From the human T2T-CHM13v2.0 reference genome, Homo sapiens, in NCBI RefSeq assembly GCF_009914755.1, contig NC_060941.1: 64,000 nt of DNA; one strand, given 5' to 3'. Below, piece after piece: positions 21,099 through 42,759 of this stretch. The notes under the pieces were generated by a model that saw only the letters and a program-made list of their open reading frames with translations, was not told the DNA's origin and did no database searches. Positions within the stretch are counted from its first letter, which is position 1, and each line of letters begins with the position of its first letter. Position numbers and translations under genes: made by a program.

Positions 21099-21321
21099 GT
21101 GAGGCGAGGCCGAGCCGTGCCAGGCCAGGCGGGCGTTTGCGGCGGTGGCTGCCGTTGCTGTTGTCGTGGACACCAAGGACACTGCTAGTCTGGGACTCGG
21201 GTTGACAGAGATACCCCTCAGCCTGGGCTCCTCTGGACACCTTAGGCCAGGCTCTCCCGCCACAGGCCCGGCCTAGCGCCGCGGGCCATTACTTGGGACC
21301 TTGAAGATCTGCTAAGAGTAG

Positions 21322-25400
<4,079 letters not shown>

Positions 25401-25979
25401 CAACAAAAAAACCACCAATTTTAAATAATTCATGGGTCAAAAAAGAAAACAAGACTAAAATCTTGGATTATTTAGAAATTATAATAATGAAAATATTGCA
25501 TAATGGAATCCATGATATTAAAGCACTTCTCAGAGGAAAAATCCTATAAGTAACCTTATATGCTTTCTTTTTAAAGTGAAAATTAGTAAGCTAAGCATTC
25601 AACAAATATAGAAGACAATTAAAGGAAAATGGCAGAGTAAACAATCAGAAATAAGGGAAAAAGAGCTGTACTTTAAATAGATTGAAAAGCTCATTCTTCA
25701 GAAATAAAGCAGATACTAATATACACACATTTCTGGCAAAAAATAATTTTTAAAAAAGGGACATCCTCTTGGATGTTTCATAAACAATTCAAACTTAGCT
25801 AATCAAATCTGATTTTCCTGTCAAATACTTATTTCTTCTCCTGTTTTAAATCTCAACAAATTGTACCACCATTTAAGTCAAAACCCAGGAGTTACTCTTT
25901 TTAAAGAAAAATTTTTGGCTGGGCACGGTGGCTCACACCTGTAATCCCAGTACTTTGGGAGGCCGAGGTGGGTGGATCA

Positions 25980-26608
<629 letters not shown>

Positions 26609-27109
26609 TTATTCTTCACACTTCTCTCCCCCATTCAATCCACTATCAGGATATGTCTCTTCTGTTCCTATAATGAACATGTATGGAATCATCTCCCCAG
26701 CATTCTCCCCTTTATTTTCACTTGGAAAATGCCCCTTACTCCCACTCAAAAGTACTTTTTTCTTTTCTTTGTTTTCTTTCCTGTGTCACTCCTTTATTTT
26801 GCTATTTTCCCCTCAGGTGCAGAGAATTGAGCCAGTCATACTCGTTTATTCACACTGTCATTAACAAGCCCTTTCTCATTTTATCTTTTCTCTTCATTCC
26901 AGTTCCCACTAATGTTCCTTTCCTCCCTCCTTAGGTATTCACTCTAATGTGTTTGATATATGTCTTTGAATATACATGTATCTTTGAATAATATGTAATG
27001 TTTTATGTATGTATGTGTTTTAAATGTACCTAATTGATACTGTGTTACAGATCTCATTCTGTTTCTTTTTCATGTTTATGTAAATACTTCTGACTATTGC
27101 ACACTGTTA

Positions 27110-27527
27110 TCTTCAGTGACCTCATACCCTGGCCACTGGTCCTGGGCCAAGATGGGCCAGAGTCCTTACCCAGAATTTTTTTAACTGAAACTGAGAAAGA
27201 AAATTCCCCTTCAGTGTGGAAGCCATAAAATGTAAAACATACGAGCTGTCAGCAGCCACGTGTCAGTTGGTTCCATATGGAACCAACTCGCCTGTGTGAA
27301 AAAGAAGCCGACGTGCAGAAAGCAGCAGAGGTGAGAGACTAAGAGTCTGGGAAGCTGTCAAATCTCTGGTTCCAGTAGTTCCTGAAGCTCCATATTCCTC
27401 CCCTTACCATGGTTTGTTCATTTCTTCATGGATTCCATGAGCTAGTAAATCTCAACACCTCCACCTTGTGCCTACTAAGGTAGTACAAATTGAGGTTCTA
27501 TCACTTGCAACTAAGAGGACTAACTGT
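27110..27527 (+). mobile_element. MLT1-type MaLR LTR remnant
   Basis: MLT1-like 3' end (gaggttctatcacttgcaactaagaggactaact); subfamily uncertain. Confidence 0.65.
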
Positions 27528-27858
27528 TTACAACCTCCAAAATATATCTTATTTTTGATAGTGGGTTTTTTGTATTCTGGGTTTTGTTGTTGAGAGACAG
27601 GGTCTACATGTAGGAATGGAATCGGTAGATCATAGGATGATTCTATGTTCAATTTTTTGAGGAAGCACCATACTGTTTACTGTAGAATTACCACTACAGG
27701 CGCCTGCCACCTGCACGGCTAATTTTTGTATTTTTGGTAGAGATAGGGTTTCAACGTGTTGCCCAGGCTGGTCTTAAATTCCTGAGCTCAAGCAGTCCGC
27801 CCACCTAAAGTGCTGGGATTACAGGTATGAGCCACTGCATCCTGCCAAGGGGGCATAA

Positions 27859-28291
<433 letters not shown>

Positions 28292-28626
28292 TAGCCAGGA
28301 TGGTCTCGATCTCCTGACCTTGTGATCTTCCCACCTCAGCCTCCCAAAGTGCTGGGATTACAGGCGTGACCCACCACGCCCGGCCAATTTTTGTTTTTTT
28401 AATGGAGACGGGATTTTACTATGTTAGTCAGTCTGGTCTCAAACTCCTGAACTCCTGATCTCAAGTGATCCACTTGCTTTGGCCTCCAAAAGTGCTGGGA
28501 TTACAGGCAAGAGCCACCACGCCCAGCCAACTATTTTTTGTTCTCTTGTTTTTTTGTTTTTAAGAGACAGGGTCTTGCTCTTGCAGTGGTACAATAACTC
28601 ACTGCAGCCTTGAACTCCTGGGTTTA

Positions 28627-29004
<378 letters not shown>

Positions 29005-29747
29005 TTATACATCTTTACAATGGAATTTCTGGCAACTTTGATAAAGTAATTCTAGTTCACCTGAAAGAATTGATATGTGAGAAAAGCCAATGAATTTTAG
29101 AGCAATCAAGGGAGAATTTATTAATACAGTATATAATAGGAAAAGACATTGGCAGTCTGGCCAATGGAACAAAATACAATAGCCCCAACCATTCATAGAA
29201 ATTTAATTTTTGATAAATAGAGCATTTCAGAGGAAAAGGATTCTGTCAGTAAATGGTGTGTTAAGAAGGCTGGGTGTGGTGCCTCATGCCTGTAATCCCA
29301 GCACTTTGGAAGGCCAAGGCGGAAGGATCACTTGAGCTCAGGGGTTTGAGACCAGCCTGGGCAACACAGCAAGACTTCCTCTCTACTAAAATAAAAATTT
29401 AAAAAATTAGCTGGGTATGGTGGTGCACAGTCATAGTCCCAGGTACTTGGGAGGCTGAGGCGGGAAGATCACTTGAGCTCAAGAGTTTGAAGCTGCAGGG
29501 AGCCATAATTGAGCCACTGTACACCAGCCTGGACAACAGAGTGAGACCTTATCTAAAAAAAAAAAAAAAAGACTGAGAAAAGAACAAGTGGCCAAGATAC
29601 ACAAAAAAATGTTCAATCACTAGTAATTAATGTAAATTAAAACTACTAGACATTGCCAGGCACAGTGGCTCACACCTGTAATCTCAGCACTTTGGGAGTC
29701 TGAGGCAGGTGGATCACGAAGTCAGGAGATCGAGACCATCCTGGCTA

Positions 29748-29960
<213 letters not shown>

Positions 29961-30285
29961 CTAAATTGACATAAAAATGATATAGGACGGATGAAGGAAA
30001 AGAGGCATCATTCCATCAAAACTGTTGTTGGGAGTACAAATTGATGTAATATAGGACCCTTCTGGAGATCAGTTTGGCAGTGGGTATCAGATTTCTTAGA
30101 AATATGTATGCCTTTTGATACAAAATACCATTTGGTGAAATCTACCCTAAGGACTGACGGAGGTACACAAAAATCTTGCAACAAGGCTATTCATTACATC
30201 ATTCTTACAGCCAACAACAACAAAAGGAAATCCAAATGTTCATTTGAGCTATGTAAACTTAAAATTATTATTTTTTCTTTTTCAA

Positions 30286-30430
30286 GAGATAGGGTCCTGC
30301 TTATGTTGCCCAGGCCACAGTACAGTGGCTATTCATAGACGTGATAATAACACACTCCCGGGCTCAAGCAAGCCTCCCGCCTTAGCCTCCCAAGTAGCCG
30401 GGACTACCAGTGTGTGTCACTGCCCCCAGC
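30286..30430 (-). mobile_element. FAM / 7SL-derived monomer
   Basis: Alu-like monomer containing gtggctattcata, which is 7SL/FAM-like and absent from dimeric Alu. Confidence 0.65.
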
Positions 30431-30465
30431 TAAATTATTGTATTTTTGTAAAAGAAGTACTATTA

Positions 30466-31132
<667 letters not shown>

Positions 31133-31735
31133 TCATAATACTGTCTGACAAAAAAAGAAGTTACCAAACCTACCAAAGAGTTTTGTCTGCATATGTAGTT
31201 GGGCCTGGAAAGGTAAACCACTGGATAGCAACTGTCTTTAGGTAGGAAGGTTTCGTGGCTATTTTCATGTTCTTTTTGTATCTCTGTATTTTCAGATTAA
31301 CTCAGTTTTCTAATGAATATAGATTCTTTTGTAATAAGGAAAAATAGAGAAACTTCATATTTAACTGCTACAATAGACACAGTGGAAAGTGGAAGCTTAA
31401 TGTAGTTATTGAAAATTATGAAAATTGTAAAGAAACTGAGTCAAATGTAGGAGCAAATAAAATGTTTGCTTTAACTGTTACATAATGTATATTGAGAATG
31501 CAGAAGGAGCCGGGCGCAGTGACTCACGCCTATAATCCCAGCACTTTGGGAGTCTGAGGCAGGCGGATCACCTGAGGTCGGGAGTTCGAGACCAGCCTGC
31601 ACAACATGGAGAAACCCCGTCTCTATTAAAAATACAAAATTGGCCGGGTTTGGTGGCTCACGCCTGTAATCCCAGCACTTTGGGAGGCCGAGGCAGGCGG
31701 ATCACGAGGTCAGGAGATTGAGACTATCCTGGCTA

Positions 31736-32091
<356 letters not shown>

Positions 32092-32901
32092 TCAAAAAAC
32101 AAAAAAAAAGAAAATGCAGAGGGAAATAAAGAAAATGAACATAGTTATTTAAATGGAATAGTCTAGCTATTTTTTCTTTATCAAATAATTTGTTAAATTT
32201 TTATTAAAAATTAAAAATTTAAATTTATAAATTAAAAATAATATAAAAATTGAATCCAATTCATTCAAGTAGCTTCACAACGATGATTAAAAGAAAGGTG
32301 GAGCTGGGCACGGTGGCTTACACCTGTAATCCCAGCACTTTGGGAGGCCGAGGCAGGCGGATCACGAGGTCAGAAGTTCAAGACCAGCCTGGACAACATG
32401 GTGAAACCCCGTGTCTACTAAAAATATAAAAATTAGCTGGGCACGATGGCACATTCCTGTAATCCCAGCTACTCGGGAGGCTGAGGCAGGAGAATTGCTT
32501 GACCCGGGAGGCGGAGGTTGCAGTGAGCCGAGATTGTGCCACTGCACTCCAGCCTGGGCTACAGAGCGAGACTCCGTCTCAAAAAAAAAAAAAAAAAAAA
32601 GGAAGATGGAGACCAGTGGCAGTGCCAACAGTGCCAAGAGATGGGTGGTGTGGGTGGGGAGTGGGCTTTAGCCTTCTGTAATCACCATCAGTTACTTCCC
32701 TCAAAGCTTCACCAGAAAAACTTCGTTCAGCTTTTAAGTCAACTCTCTTTTAGGGAAATTCTGACACTCCAATAATGGAGAATTTCCACATGACACCACA
32801 GGCCCCAGGTCTATTCTGTTACGTATTTTCAAAATCTCTTCAATAAACATACTGTCTCAGACTTTGCTTTGACCCCTTTCTTATTCCTGGGTTTCAGAAC
32901 C

Positions 32902-33069
32902 ATGTGTGCTCAGTATTGCATCTCCTTTGCTGATGTTGAAAAAGCTCATATCAACATTCGAGATTCTATCCACCTCACACCAGTGCTAACAAGCTCCATT
33001 TTGAATCAACTAACAGGGCGCAATCTTTTCTTCAAATGTGAACTCTTCCAGAAAACAGGATCTTTTAAG
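32902..33069 (+). CDS. SRR: SRR exon 2 CDS (MCAQYCISFADVEKAH...FQKTGSFK), ends at PLP-binding Lys56
   Basis: tttcag|AACCATG; 56 codons; |gtaaca donor; fold-type II PLP motif QKTGSFK. Confidence 0.98.
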
Positions 33070-33359
33070 GTAACAATCCTTTTTCTCAGTGTATCATGTA
33101 TGTTTTCACACCCTTTCACATATCAGTTTGATTCTCCTGACCACCCAATGAGATAGGCAGAAGTAAATTAATGCCTTTATACAGCTGGAAAAAAGGTTAC
33201 AGAAATTTTCCTTTCAAGTCCTTGTTTTACCTAGCATCATAGTGTTGATAAGCAACTTTTACACAGTCATAAATCCTTATAATTAGGATAATATATATAA
33301 CTTATCCGAGTAATTTTTATATATATGTATGTGCATATATATAATATATACATAAAATA

Positions 33360-33669
33360 CAGTCATATGCCACATAACGTTTCAGTCAATGACAGACCAC
33401 CTATATGATGGTGGTCCTTGGTCCCATAAGGTTATACCACACATTTACTGTACGATTTCTGTGTTTAGATACAGAAATACTTCTCATTGTGTTATAGCTG
33501 CCTACAGTATTCAGTACAGTAACATGCTATACAGGGTTTGCAGCCTAGGAGTAATAGGCTGTAACAGCTGGATTTGTATAAGTACACTCTATGGTGCATG
33601 CAAGATGATGAAATTGCCAAATCATGCATTTCTCGAAACATATCCCCATCCTTAAGCAAAGCATGACTT
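33360..33669. mobile_element. Tigger3a/MER7-type TcMar DNA transposon
   Basis: TIRs cagtcat...ataacg and cttaagc...catgact, TA flanks, internal gtattcagtacagtaacatgct. Confidence 0.82.
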
Positions 33670-34003
33670 TATTATATATACCATCACTTACTGTCCAAAC
33701 TAAGACATAATTTATTATCCAAACTAGGACATGTTTGGGACTGAAAGAAGCAACCTGAAATATCTAAACAGACACCTGAACTGTTGCAGGCAAATTGGAA
33801 AGTGTTATCACTCTGTATATGACCCAAGTTTAAGCATTCACTGTATCAACTTGCTACACATGGATACATTATCAATATAAAAGATCTAAGCCTGGGCCAC
33901 ACGGCAAAACTCTGTCTACAAAAAATACAAATATATGACAGGCGCAGTGGTTCACACTTGTAATCCCAGCACTTTGGGAGGCTGAGGCAGGTGGATCACC
34001 TGA

Positions 34004-34237
<234 letters not shown>

Positions 34238-34382
34238 TGAATTTTTAGTAGAGACAGGGTTTCACCGTGTTAGCCAGGATGTTCTTGATCTGACCTTGTG
34301 ATCCGCCCGCCTCTGCCTCCCAAAGTGCTGGGATTACTGGCATGAGTCACCGCACCCAGCCTTGGTGAAACACTTTCTACTA

Positions 34383-34637
<255 letters not shown>

Positions 34638-34688
34638 TCAAAAGATCGAGACCATCCTGGCTAACACGGGGAAACCCCGTCGCTACTA

Positions 34689-34829
<141 letters not shown>

Positions 34830-35209
34830 CTACAACAGAGCGAGACTAGGTCTAAAAAAATAAAAAAAAAAAATTTAGCCGGGCATGGTGGCAGGTGCCT
34901 ATAATCCCAGCTACTTGGGAGGCTGAGGCAGGAAAATCACTTGAACCCGGCCCTGGGGGTAGACGCAGTGTGGGGAGGCGGACGTTGCAGTAAGCCGAGA
35001 TCGTGGCACTGCACTCCAGCCGGGATAACGGAGACTCCATCTCAAAAAAATAAAAAATAAAGATGCACATGAGATATTTAAGAGGTAAATCGATAAGATT
35101 TGGTGACAGATTGGATGTGCATGTTAAGGATAGAAAATCTAGAAAAGCTCCTTGCTTTCCAAAACAATGTTTTAATCAAATATGTGAATTCACCATCCCT
35201 CTTTTTCAG

Positions 35210-35336
35210 ATTCGTGGTGCTCTCAATGCCGTCAGAAGCTTGGTTCCTGATGCTTTAGAAAGGAAGCCGAAAGCTGTTGTTACTCACAGCAGTGGAAACC
35301 ATGGCCAGGCTCTCACCTATGCTGCCAAATTGGAAG
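35210..35336 (+). CDS. SRR: SRR exon 3 (IRGALNA...THSSGNHGQALTYAAKLE)
   Basis: 127 nt, tttcag| and |gtactt; SSGNH motif. Confidence 0.97.
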
Positions 35337-36165
35337 GTACTTGATTTCTCAAGGTACTGGGTAGATCTTCAGAAAGGAGTGGAAAAGTGCCCTTAATTTC
35401 AGTGAGAGTGATGATAGCTGTGGGAAGTAACTTTCCAAAGAAATCTCTATCTGATTGCAAGCAATATGAACATAAGTTTTTTTTTTGTTTGTTTTGTTTT
35501 TTTGAAGACAGAATCTTGCTGTCACCCAGGCTGGAGAGCGGTGACGCGATCTCGGCTCACTGTAACCTCCACCTGCCGGGTTCAAGCGATTCTCCTGCCT
35601 CAGCCTCCTGAGTAGCTGGGACTACAGGTGCGCACCACCACGCCTGGCTAATTTTTTCTATTTTACAAATACAAAATACTAATTTCACCATGTTGCCCAG
35701 GCTGGTCTCGAACTCCTGGGCTCAAGCAATCCACCCGCCTTGGCCTCCCAAAGTCCTAGGATTACAGGCGTGAGCCACCACACCTGGCTGAACATGTTTC
35801 TTTCTTTTTTTTTTTTTTTTTTGAGACGGAGTCTTGCACTGTCGCCCAGGCTGGAATGCAGTGGCAGGATCTCGGCTCACTGCAAGCTCCACCTCCCGGG
35901 TTCACACCATTGTCCTGCCTCAGCCTGGGACTACAGGAGCCTGCCACCATGCCTGGCTATTTTTTTTTTTTTTTTTTTTTTTTGTATTTTTAGTAAAGAC
36001 AGGGTTTCACCGTGTTAGCCAGGATGGTCTCAATTTCCTGACCTTGTGATCCGCCTGCCTCAGCCTCCCAAAGTGCTGGGATTACAGGTGTGACCCACCG
36101 TGCCTGGCCACATAAGTTTCTATTCTAAATTCTCCTGACTTTTTCCTCTCGTTTTCCTCTCCCAG

Positions 36166-36269
36166 GAATTCCTGCTTATATTGTGGTGCCCCAGACAGCT
36201 CCAGACTGTAAAAAACTTGCAATACAAGCCTACGGAGCGTCAATTGTATACTGTGAACCTAGTGATGAG
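36166..36269 (+). CDS. SRR: SRR exon 4 (IPAYIVVPQTAPDCKKLAIQAYGASIVYCEPSDE)
   Basis: 104 nt, tcccag| and |gtaagg. Confidence 0.97.
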
Positions 36270-37026
36270 GTAAGGAGAGCAGTGCTTGGTACCACCTTAA
36301 CAGCTTTCATTTGACCAATGGCTCTTTCTACCTTACTGGCTGCTCCTTCTCAGCCTCCTTTGTGGTTTCCCCTTTATTTCTGTTAGCATGCTCAACCTTT
36401 TCTCTATCTACACTCACAAGATCTCATTAGTCTCATTTCTTAAATTATTACCTATGGTCTAACAACACCAACTCCAACTTCTCTCCCTTTAACAGCCAAC
36501 TTTTATATAACAGCTACCTAACTTTCCCACTTGATGTCTTAAAAGGCATCTCAAACTACAGCTAAAACCAAACTCCTGATCTTACTTCCCTATATTGCTT
36601 CCCTTCCAGTCTTCCTCATCTTAGTAAATGGCAATTTTTATTCTTCTAGTTACTCAAAAAAAAGTTGGAGTCATCTTTTTTTGAAAATTTTTTGTTGTTG
36701 TTGTTAAAGATGGACTCTTTCTATGTTGTGGGATCCTTCTGCCTCAGCCTGTTGAGTAGCTAGGACTACAGGTGCATGCCACCACACCTAATTCCTTTAT
36801 TTTTTGTAGACAGGGTCTCACTGTTGCCCAGGCTGGTCTCAAACTCCTGGATTCAAGCAGTCCTCCCACCTTGGCCTCCCAAAATGCTGGGATCACAGGC
36901 ATGACCCACTGCACACAGCCAGGAATCCTCTCTGATAACCCTCTCATACCCCACATCCAAATCTCAGTCTGCTTTCAACATATTTCCATAACCCAACTGC
37001 TTCTGTGTCTACCGTTAGCACTCTGA

Positions 37027-37338
<312 letters not shown>

Positions 37339-37542
37339 TAGTAGAGACGGGGTTTCACTGTGTTAGCCAGGATGGTCTCGATCTCCTGACCTCGTGATCC
37401 ACCCACCTCGGCCTCCCAAAGTGCTGGGATTACAGGCGTGAGCCACCACGCCTGGCCAGAACTTGTCTCTTTTCAAGTCTAAATCCTCTGTTGGTTTCCC
37501 ATCTCATACACGGTGGAAACGAGAGTTCTTGCAATCATCTAA

Positions 37543-37830
<288 letters not shown>

Positions 37831-38645
37831 TGATCTGCCCGCCTTGGCCTCCCAAAGTGCTGGGATTACAAGTGTGAGCCACCGTGCCTGGTCCCTCATC
37901 TTCTTTTTATTTATTTTGAGACAGGGTCTCACTCTGTCCAACCCAGGCTGGAGTGCGGTAGTTTCTTCTCAGCTCCCTGCAGCCTCCGCTTCCTGGGTTC
38001 AAGAGATTCTCATGCCTCAGCCACCAGAGTAGCTGGGATTACAGGCGCGTGCCACCACATCTGGCTAATTTTTGTATTTTTAGTAGAGACGGGGTTTTGC
38101 CGTGTTGGCAAGGCTGGTCTTGAACTCCTGACCTGAAGTGATCTGCCCACCTTGGCCTCCCAGAGTGCTGGGATTATAGGTGTCAGCCACTGCACCCAGC
38201 CTTGACCTCATCTTCTATTATTTCTCTTGCCCACTCTGTGCCAGCCATACTAACCTTTTTAGCTGTTCCTCAGAAAGGCCAAGCACTCCTACTTTGTAGT
38301 CTTTGCACTGTTACCCCCTCTCTGGAATATTCTAGACATCCACAGCACTTGTTCAGATCTTTTAAAATGTCACTTTACTAGAGGCTCTTCTTGGCTACCC
38401 TATATGAAATAAATTCCTTCATTTTACTCCATTGCACTTAGACATACCATATATTTACTTCATCCATCTCTACCATACAATATAACGTGCTTGAGGGCAG
38501 GGATATTTTATTAACATATATATCTCTAGTACCTGAACAAAGTGTGAAAAAAGTAGATGGTCAATAAAATGCTGAATGACCAAATGGAACTTGTTGGGGA
38601 CTCTATTAAATACAAATCAATTAAGCTAAATTAATGTACTTTCAG

Positions 38646-38765
38646 TCCAGAGAAAATGTTGCAAAAAGAGTTACAGAAGAAACAGAAGGCATCATGGTAC
38701 ATCCCAACCAGGAGCCTGCAGTGATAGCTGGACAAGGGACAATTGCCCTGGAAGTGCTGAACCAG
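38646..38765 (+). CDS. SRR: SRR exon 5 (SRENVAKR...HPNQEPAVIAGQGTIALEVLNQ)
   Basis: 120 nt, tttcag| and |gtaaaa. Confidence 0.97.
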
Positions 38766-38881
38766 GTAAAATAGCTGAGTTCTTCCTGTTTAGCTACTGG
38801 TAAAGCTGTTGGGCTATATTCAATTATTTTATATGTATACATTAAATATAAAACTGCTTACAGTTTATATTTTCACTAAAG

Positions 38882-38956
38882 GTTCCTTTGGTGGATGCAC
38901 TGGTGGTACCTGTAGGTGGAGGAGGAATGCTTGCTGGAATAGCAATTACAGTTAAG
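38882..38956 (+). CDS. SRR: SRR exon 6 (VPLVDALVVPVGGGGMLAGIAITVK)
   Basis: 75 nt, ctaaag| and |gtgagc; tetraglycine PLP-phosphate loop. Confidence 0.97.
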
Positions 38957-39084
38957 GTGAGCAGCTTCTGGAGGATTCCCTGCTTCAAGCAGAGGATTTA
39001 CTTTACATCCTAAATGTTCTGTATACACGTGCTCAACATTCTGCACACATTACCATTCCTTCCCCTTATTCCTTTGGGACTTGA

Positions 39085-39549
<465 letters not shown>

Positions 39550-39738
39550 TGAGCCACCGCACCCAGCCAACTCTCTTCTTAATCCATGACAATTTTACAG
39601 CACAAAAGCAGTTACAAGTGACACCATCATAGTCTTTTCCCTGAATTCCATGTCATCAAGCTACTATCCATACCAAGGGGCTACCCTTTTCTCAAATTAC
39701 CAGGACAATCAGATGTGATCCAGGCAATGGAAGGCTAG

Positions 39739-40060
<322 letters not shown>

Positions 40061-40474
40061 TAGCCAGGATGGTCTTGATCTCCCTACCTCGTGATCCGCC
40101 CACCTCGGCCTCCCAAAGTGCTGGGATTACAGGCGTGAGCCACTGCGCCCCACCCCATTTCAGTGTGATCTCAGCTCACTTCAACCTACCCCTCCCAAGT
40201 TCAAGTGATTCTCCTACCTCAGCCTCTTGAGTAGCTGGGATTACAGGGGTCTGCCACCACGCCTGGCTGATTTTCCTATTTTTAGTTGACACTGCATTTC
40301 ACCAGGTTGGCCAGGCTGGTCTTGAACTCCTGACCTCAGCTGATCCACCCGCCTCGGGCTCCCAAAGTGTTGGGATTACAGGTGTGAGCCACCACACCAG
40401 GCCCATATTTTCTTTTAGACATGCAGGCAATGTTGTGGTTTGTTGTTAAGATGTCTTAATATTCCTCTTCCCAG

Positions 40475-40684
40475 GCTCTGAAACCTAGTGTGAAGGTATA
40501 TGCTGCTGAACCCTCAAATGCAGATGACTGCTACCAGTCCAAGCTGAAGGGGAAACTGATGCCCAATCTTTATCCTCCAGAAACCATAGCAGATGGTGTC
40601 AAATCCAGCATTGGCTTGAACACCTGGCCTATTATCAGGGACCTTGTGGATGATATCTTCACTGTCACAGAGGATGAAATTAAG
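40475..40684 (+). CDS. SRR: SRR exon 7 (ALKPSVKVYAAEPSNADD...TEDEIK)
   Basis: 210 nt, tcccag| and |gtgagg; ORF 40490..40711. Confidence 0.97.
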
Positions 40685-40993
40685 GTGAGGCTCCAGCAAG
40701 AAAAGAAATAGCAAAGCATGGTGTAACTTCTTAGGCAGAAGAAACTTCCCTTAGGAGTAGCAAGTGACCCACGGGAACCTGACTAGGTAACTTCATGACA
40801 TGGGAGGGTACCCTAGATGTATTAATGACAACCCTCTTGACAGAAGCAGAGTCAGAATTAAAGAAAAGCTTTGGGAAGCGTGTGTACACAGTGATAAGAA
40901 AATTCAAACTGGACACGTATTCTCATCTGAACTTTATAGGTAAACCAACTAGACTCCCCTTTCACTAATTCCTACTCCCTTCCATATCAACAG

Positions 40994-41212
40994 TGTGCAA
41001 CCCAGCTGGTGTGGGAGAGGATGAAACTACTCATTGAACCTACAGCTGGTGTTGGAGTGGCTGCTGTGCTGTCTCAACATTTTCAAACTGTTTCCCCAGA
41101 AGTAAAGAACATTTGTATTGTGCTCAGTGGTGGAAATGTAGACTTAACCTCCTCCATAACTTGGGTGAAGCAGGCTGAAAGGCCAGCTTCTTATCAGTCT
41201 GTTTCTGTTTAA
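40994..41212 (+). CDS. SRR: SRR exon 8 CDS to TAA stop (...LSGGNVD...YQSVSV, C-terminal PDZ-binding-type end)
   Basis: caacag| acceptor; exons sum to 1023 nt = 340 aa + stop. Confidence 0.97.
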   Translation, partial: CATQLVWERMKLLIEPTAGVGVAAVLSQHFQTVSPEVKNICIVLSGGNVDLTSSITWVKQAERPASYQSVSV

Positions 41213-41450
41213 TTTACAGAAAAGGAAATGGTGGGAATTCAGTGTCTTTAGATACTGAAGACATTTTGTTTCCTAGTATTGTCAACTCTTAGTTATCAGA
41301 TTCTTAATGGAGAGTGGCTATTTCATTAAGATTTAATAGTTTTTTTTGGACTAAGTAGTGGAAAAACTTTTATACTTAACTGAGACATTTTGTCAAGGCT
41401 AAAAAAAAGTCTTGCAAAATGGGGCAGTGGACTGACAGGCTGACATAGAA

Positions 41451-41456
41451 AATAAA
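41451..41456 (+). terminator. SRR: Candidate proximal SRR polyadenylation signal AATAAA
   Basis: AATAAA about 240 nt after the SRR stop; usage not provable from sequence. Confidence 0.5.
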
Positions 41457-41534
41457 CTTTGCCCAATCACAACTTGTGCCTCCCATCCCTGGAGTACTGA
41501 CTGGCACCGGTAAGACAGAATCTCTTTGAATCCA

Positions 41535-41713
41535 TTACTCCATGCCCCCTTGAGGCACTGTTGAAGAAATCTCACTTTTCAGCCAGGGTACTGGTTCTGG
41601 TACATATGGATCATAAGTCCATTTGGGGAAGACTCGTTTATACAGGTTCATCAGTACTGTGTCTTGAGATTTTAGCTTCCCATCAAAGCTGCATTTCATG
41701 TGGCCATGGGTAC
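41535..41713 (-). CDS. TSR1: TSR1 exon 15 CDS to TAA stop (THGHMKC...LYKRVFPKW...GGME)
   Basis: ttctag| acceptor; 15 exons sum to 2415 nt = 804 aa + stop. Confidence 0.97.
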
Positions 41714-41842
41714 CTAGAAAGACATCAGAACAAGTCGGTCAAATTAAAAGTAGAAAATTTTAAAGCAATGACTTCCAACCCAACAGTCATTTAGCAACAC
41801 TGCAGAAATGCAGACATGGTCTCAAATCCCGTGTTTCCTTAC

Positions 41843-41917
41843 CTAAAGGTTCCTTGATATGTCCTCTCCGGCCCCACTTCGTTCTCAGTTCCACTGGTTT
41901 AAACCACAGCACATCCT
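41843..41917 (-). CDS. TSR1: TSR1 exon 14 ([24 protein letters not shown])
   Basis: 75 nt, tctaag| and |gtaagg. Confidence 0.96.
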
Positions 41918-42027
41918 CTTAGAATCAAACACATTAAAGACCAAGATGAAACATTTACCCACAAAATGTAAACCCAACCTTTATACCACAAAGGCAATCA
42001 GATCCCATCCTCCTCCTTCATACCCAC

Positions 42028-42168
42028 CTCTGTTGAAGAACATGTAACGTACTACTGCCATCTTAGTAAAAATTTTGAAAGGATGACCACTCAGAACAAC
42101 TCTCTTGATGACCATTCTGTCTGGATCTACTGACATAAGATGGCCTGTAGCAATGAGGCTGTGCATTC
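42028..42168 (-). CDS. TSR1: TSR1 exon 13 (MHSLIATG...VRYMFFNR)
   Basis: 141 nt; ORF 41981..42166; |gtgggt donor. Confidence 0.96.
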
Positions 42169-42642
42169 CTAAAGGACAAAAGCAAAGAAGCTATTTAGGA
42201 ATTTACAGGCCAAAGTCTTCATTTATTGCCCAGTCCATTTAAAGACCCATGCAAGAGCCTGGTTTGTCATCCCTGCCCTAGCCCAATCTGAGGCTAAGAT
42301 TGGTAAACTGTAAGCCCACACTTAACCTTGTCAATAGGTTCTTGAAAACTTGTACTTCAAGAGAAATGATGTATAACAAAACCATACTTTTTCTCATCAG
42401 TTGTTACAAGGAAAGGATGTTGAACAAAAGGCAGTTATTTGAGGACTGGCTATACACTGTTTCACGTAAAAGTTGGAGTTTTCATTGTTCTATTAACAAT
42501 GTTAAATGAAGACTTACTGTATTTTGAAAACCATCATTACCTTCTCCATACCATTTGGCTCCCAAATTTAAATAAACAAGAGAAAACGGTGTTCATCTAT
42601 TAAGGACCTGCAGGGTCTGTTCATCTCTGTGGCTCAACTTAC

Positions 42643-42759
42643 CATTGCTTTTTTGCTTGAAAAGCAGCACAGATGCAGGAGGAAAAGTGATTGGCGCATA
42701 GACTGTCGCCACCAGGGCCATGTCAGCAGTCAGGAATCTCTGCAATTTATGTTTGTCCG
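42643..42759 (-). CDS. TSR1: TSR1 exon 12 (DKHKLQRFL...APITFPPASVLLFKQKSN)
   Basis: 117 nt, tggcag| and |gtaagt. Confidence 0.96.

Larger units (their letters stand above)
20150..21300. promoter_or_regulatory. CpG island, bidirectional SMG6/SRR promoter
   Basis: Very GC/CpG-rich; GC boxes (GGGGCGGG); NRF1-type TGCGCGTGCGCA at 21026-21037; YY1-type CCGCCATCTT at 20795-20804. Confidence 0.9.

Noticed and set aside
20454-21263. 269-aa minus-strand ORF extending SMG6 exon 1 upstream in frame
   Set aside because: No upstream in-frame ATG; stop codons are rare in GC-rich islands; it extends through the promoter and SRR exon 1
30286-30430. 7SL-like sequence as a functional SRP RNA gene
   Set aside because: Short, diverged and lacking most of the S domain; fossil monomer
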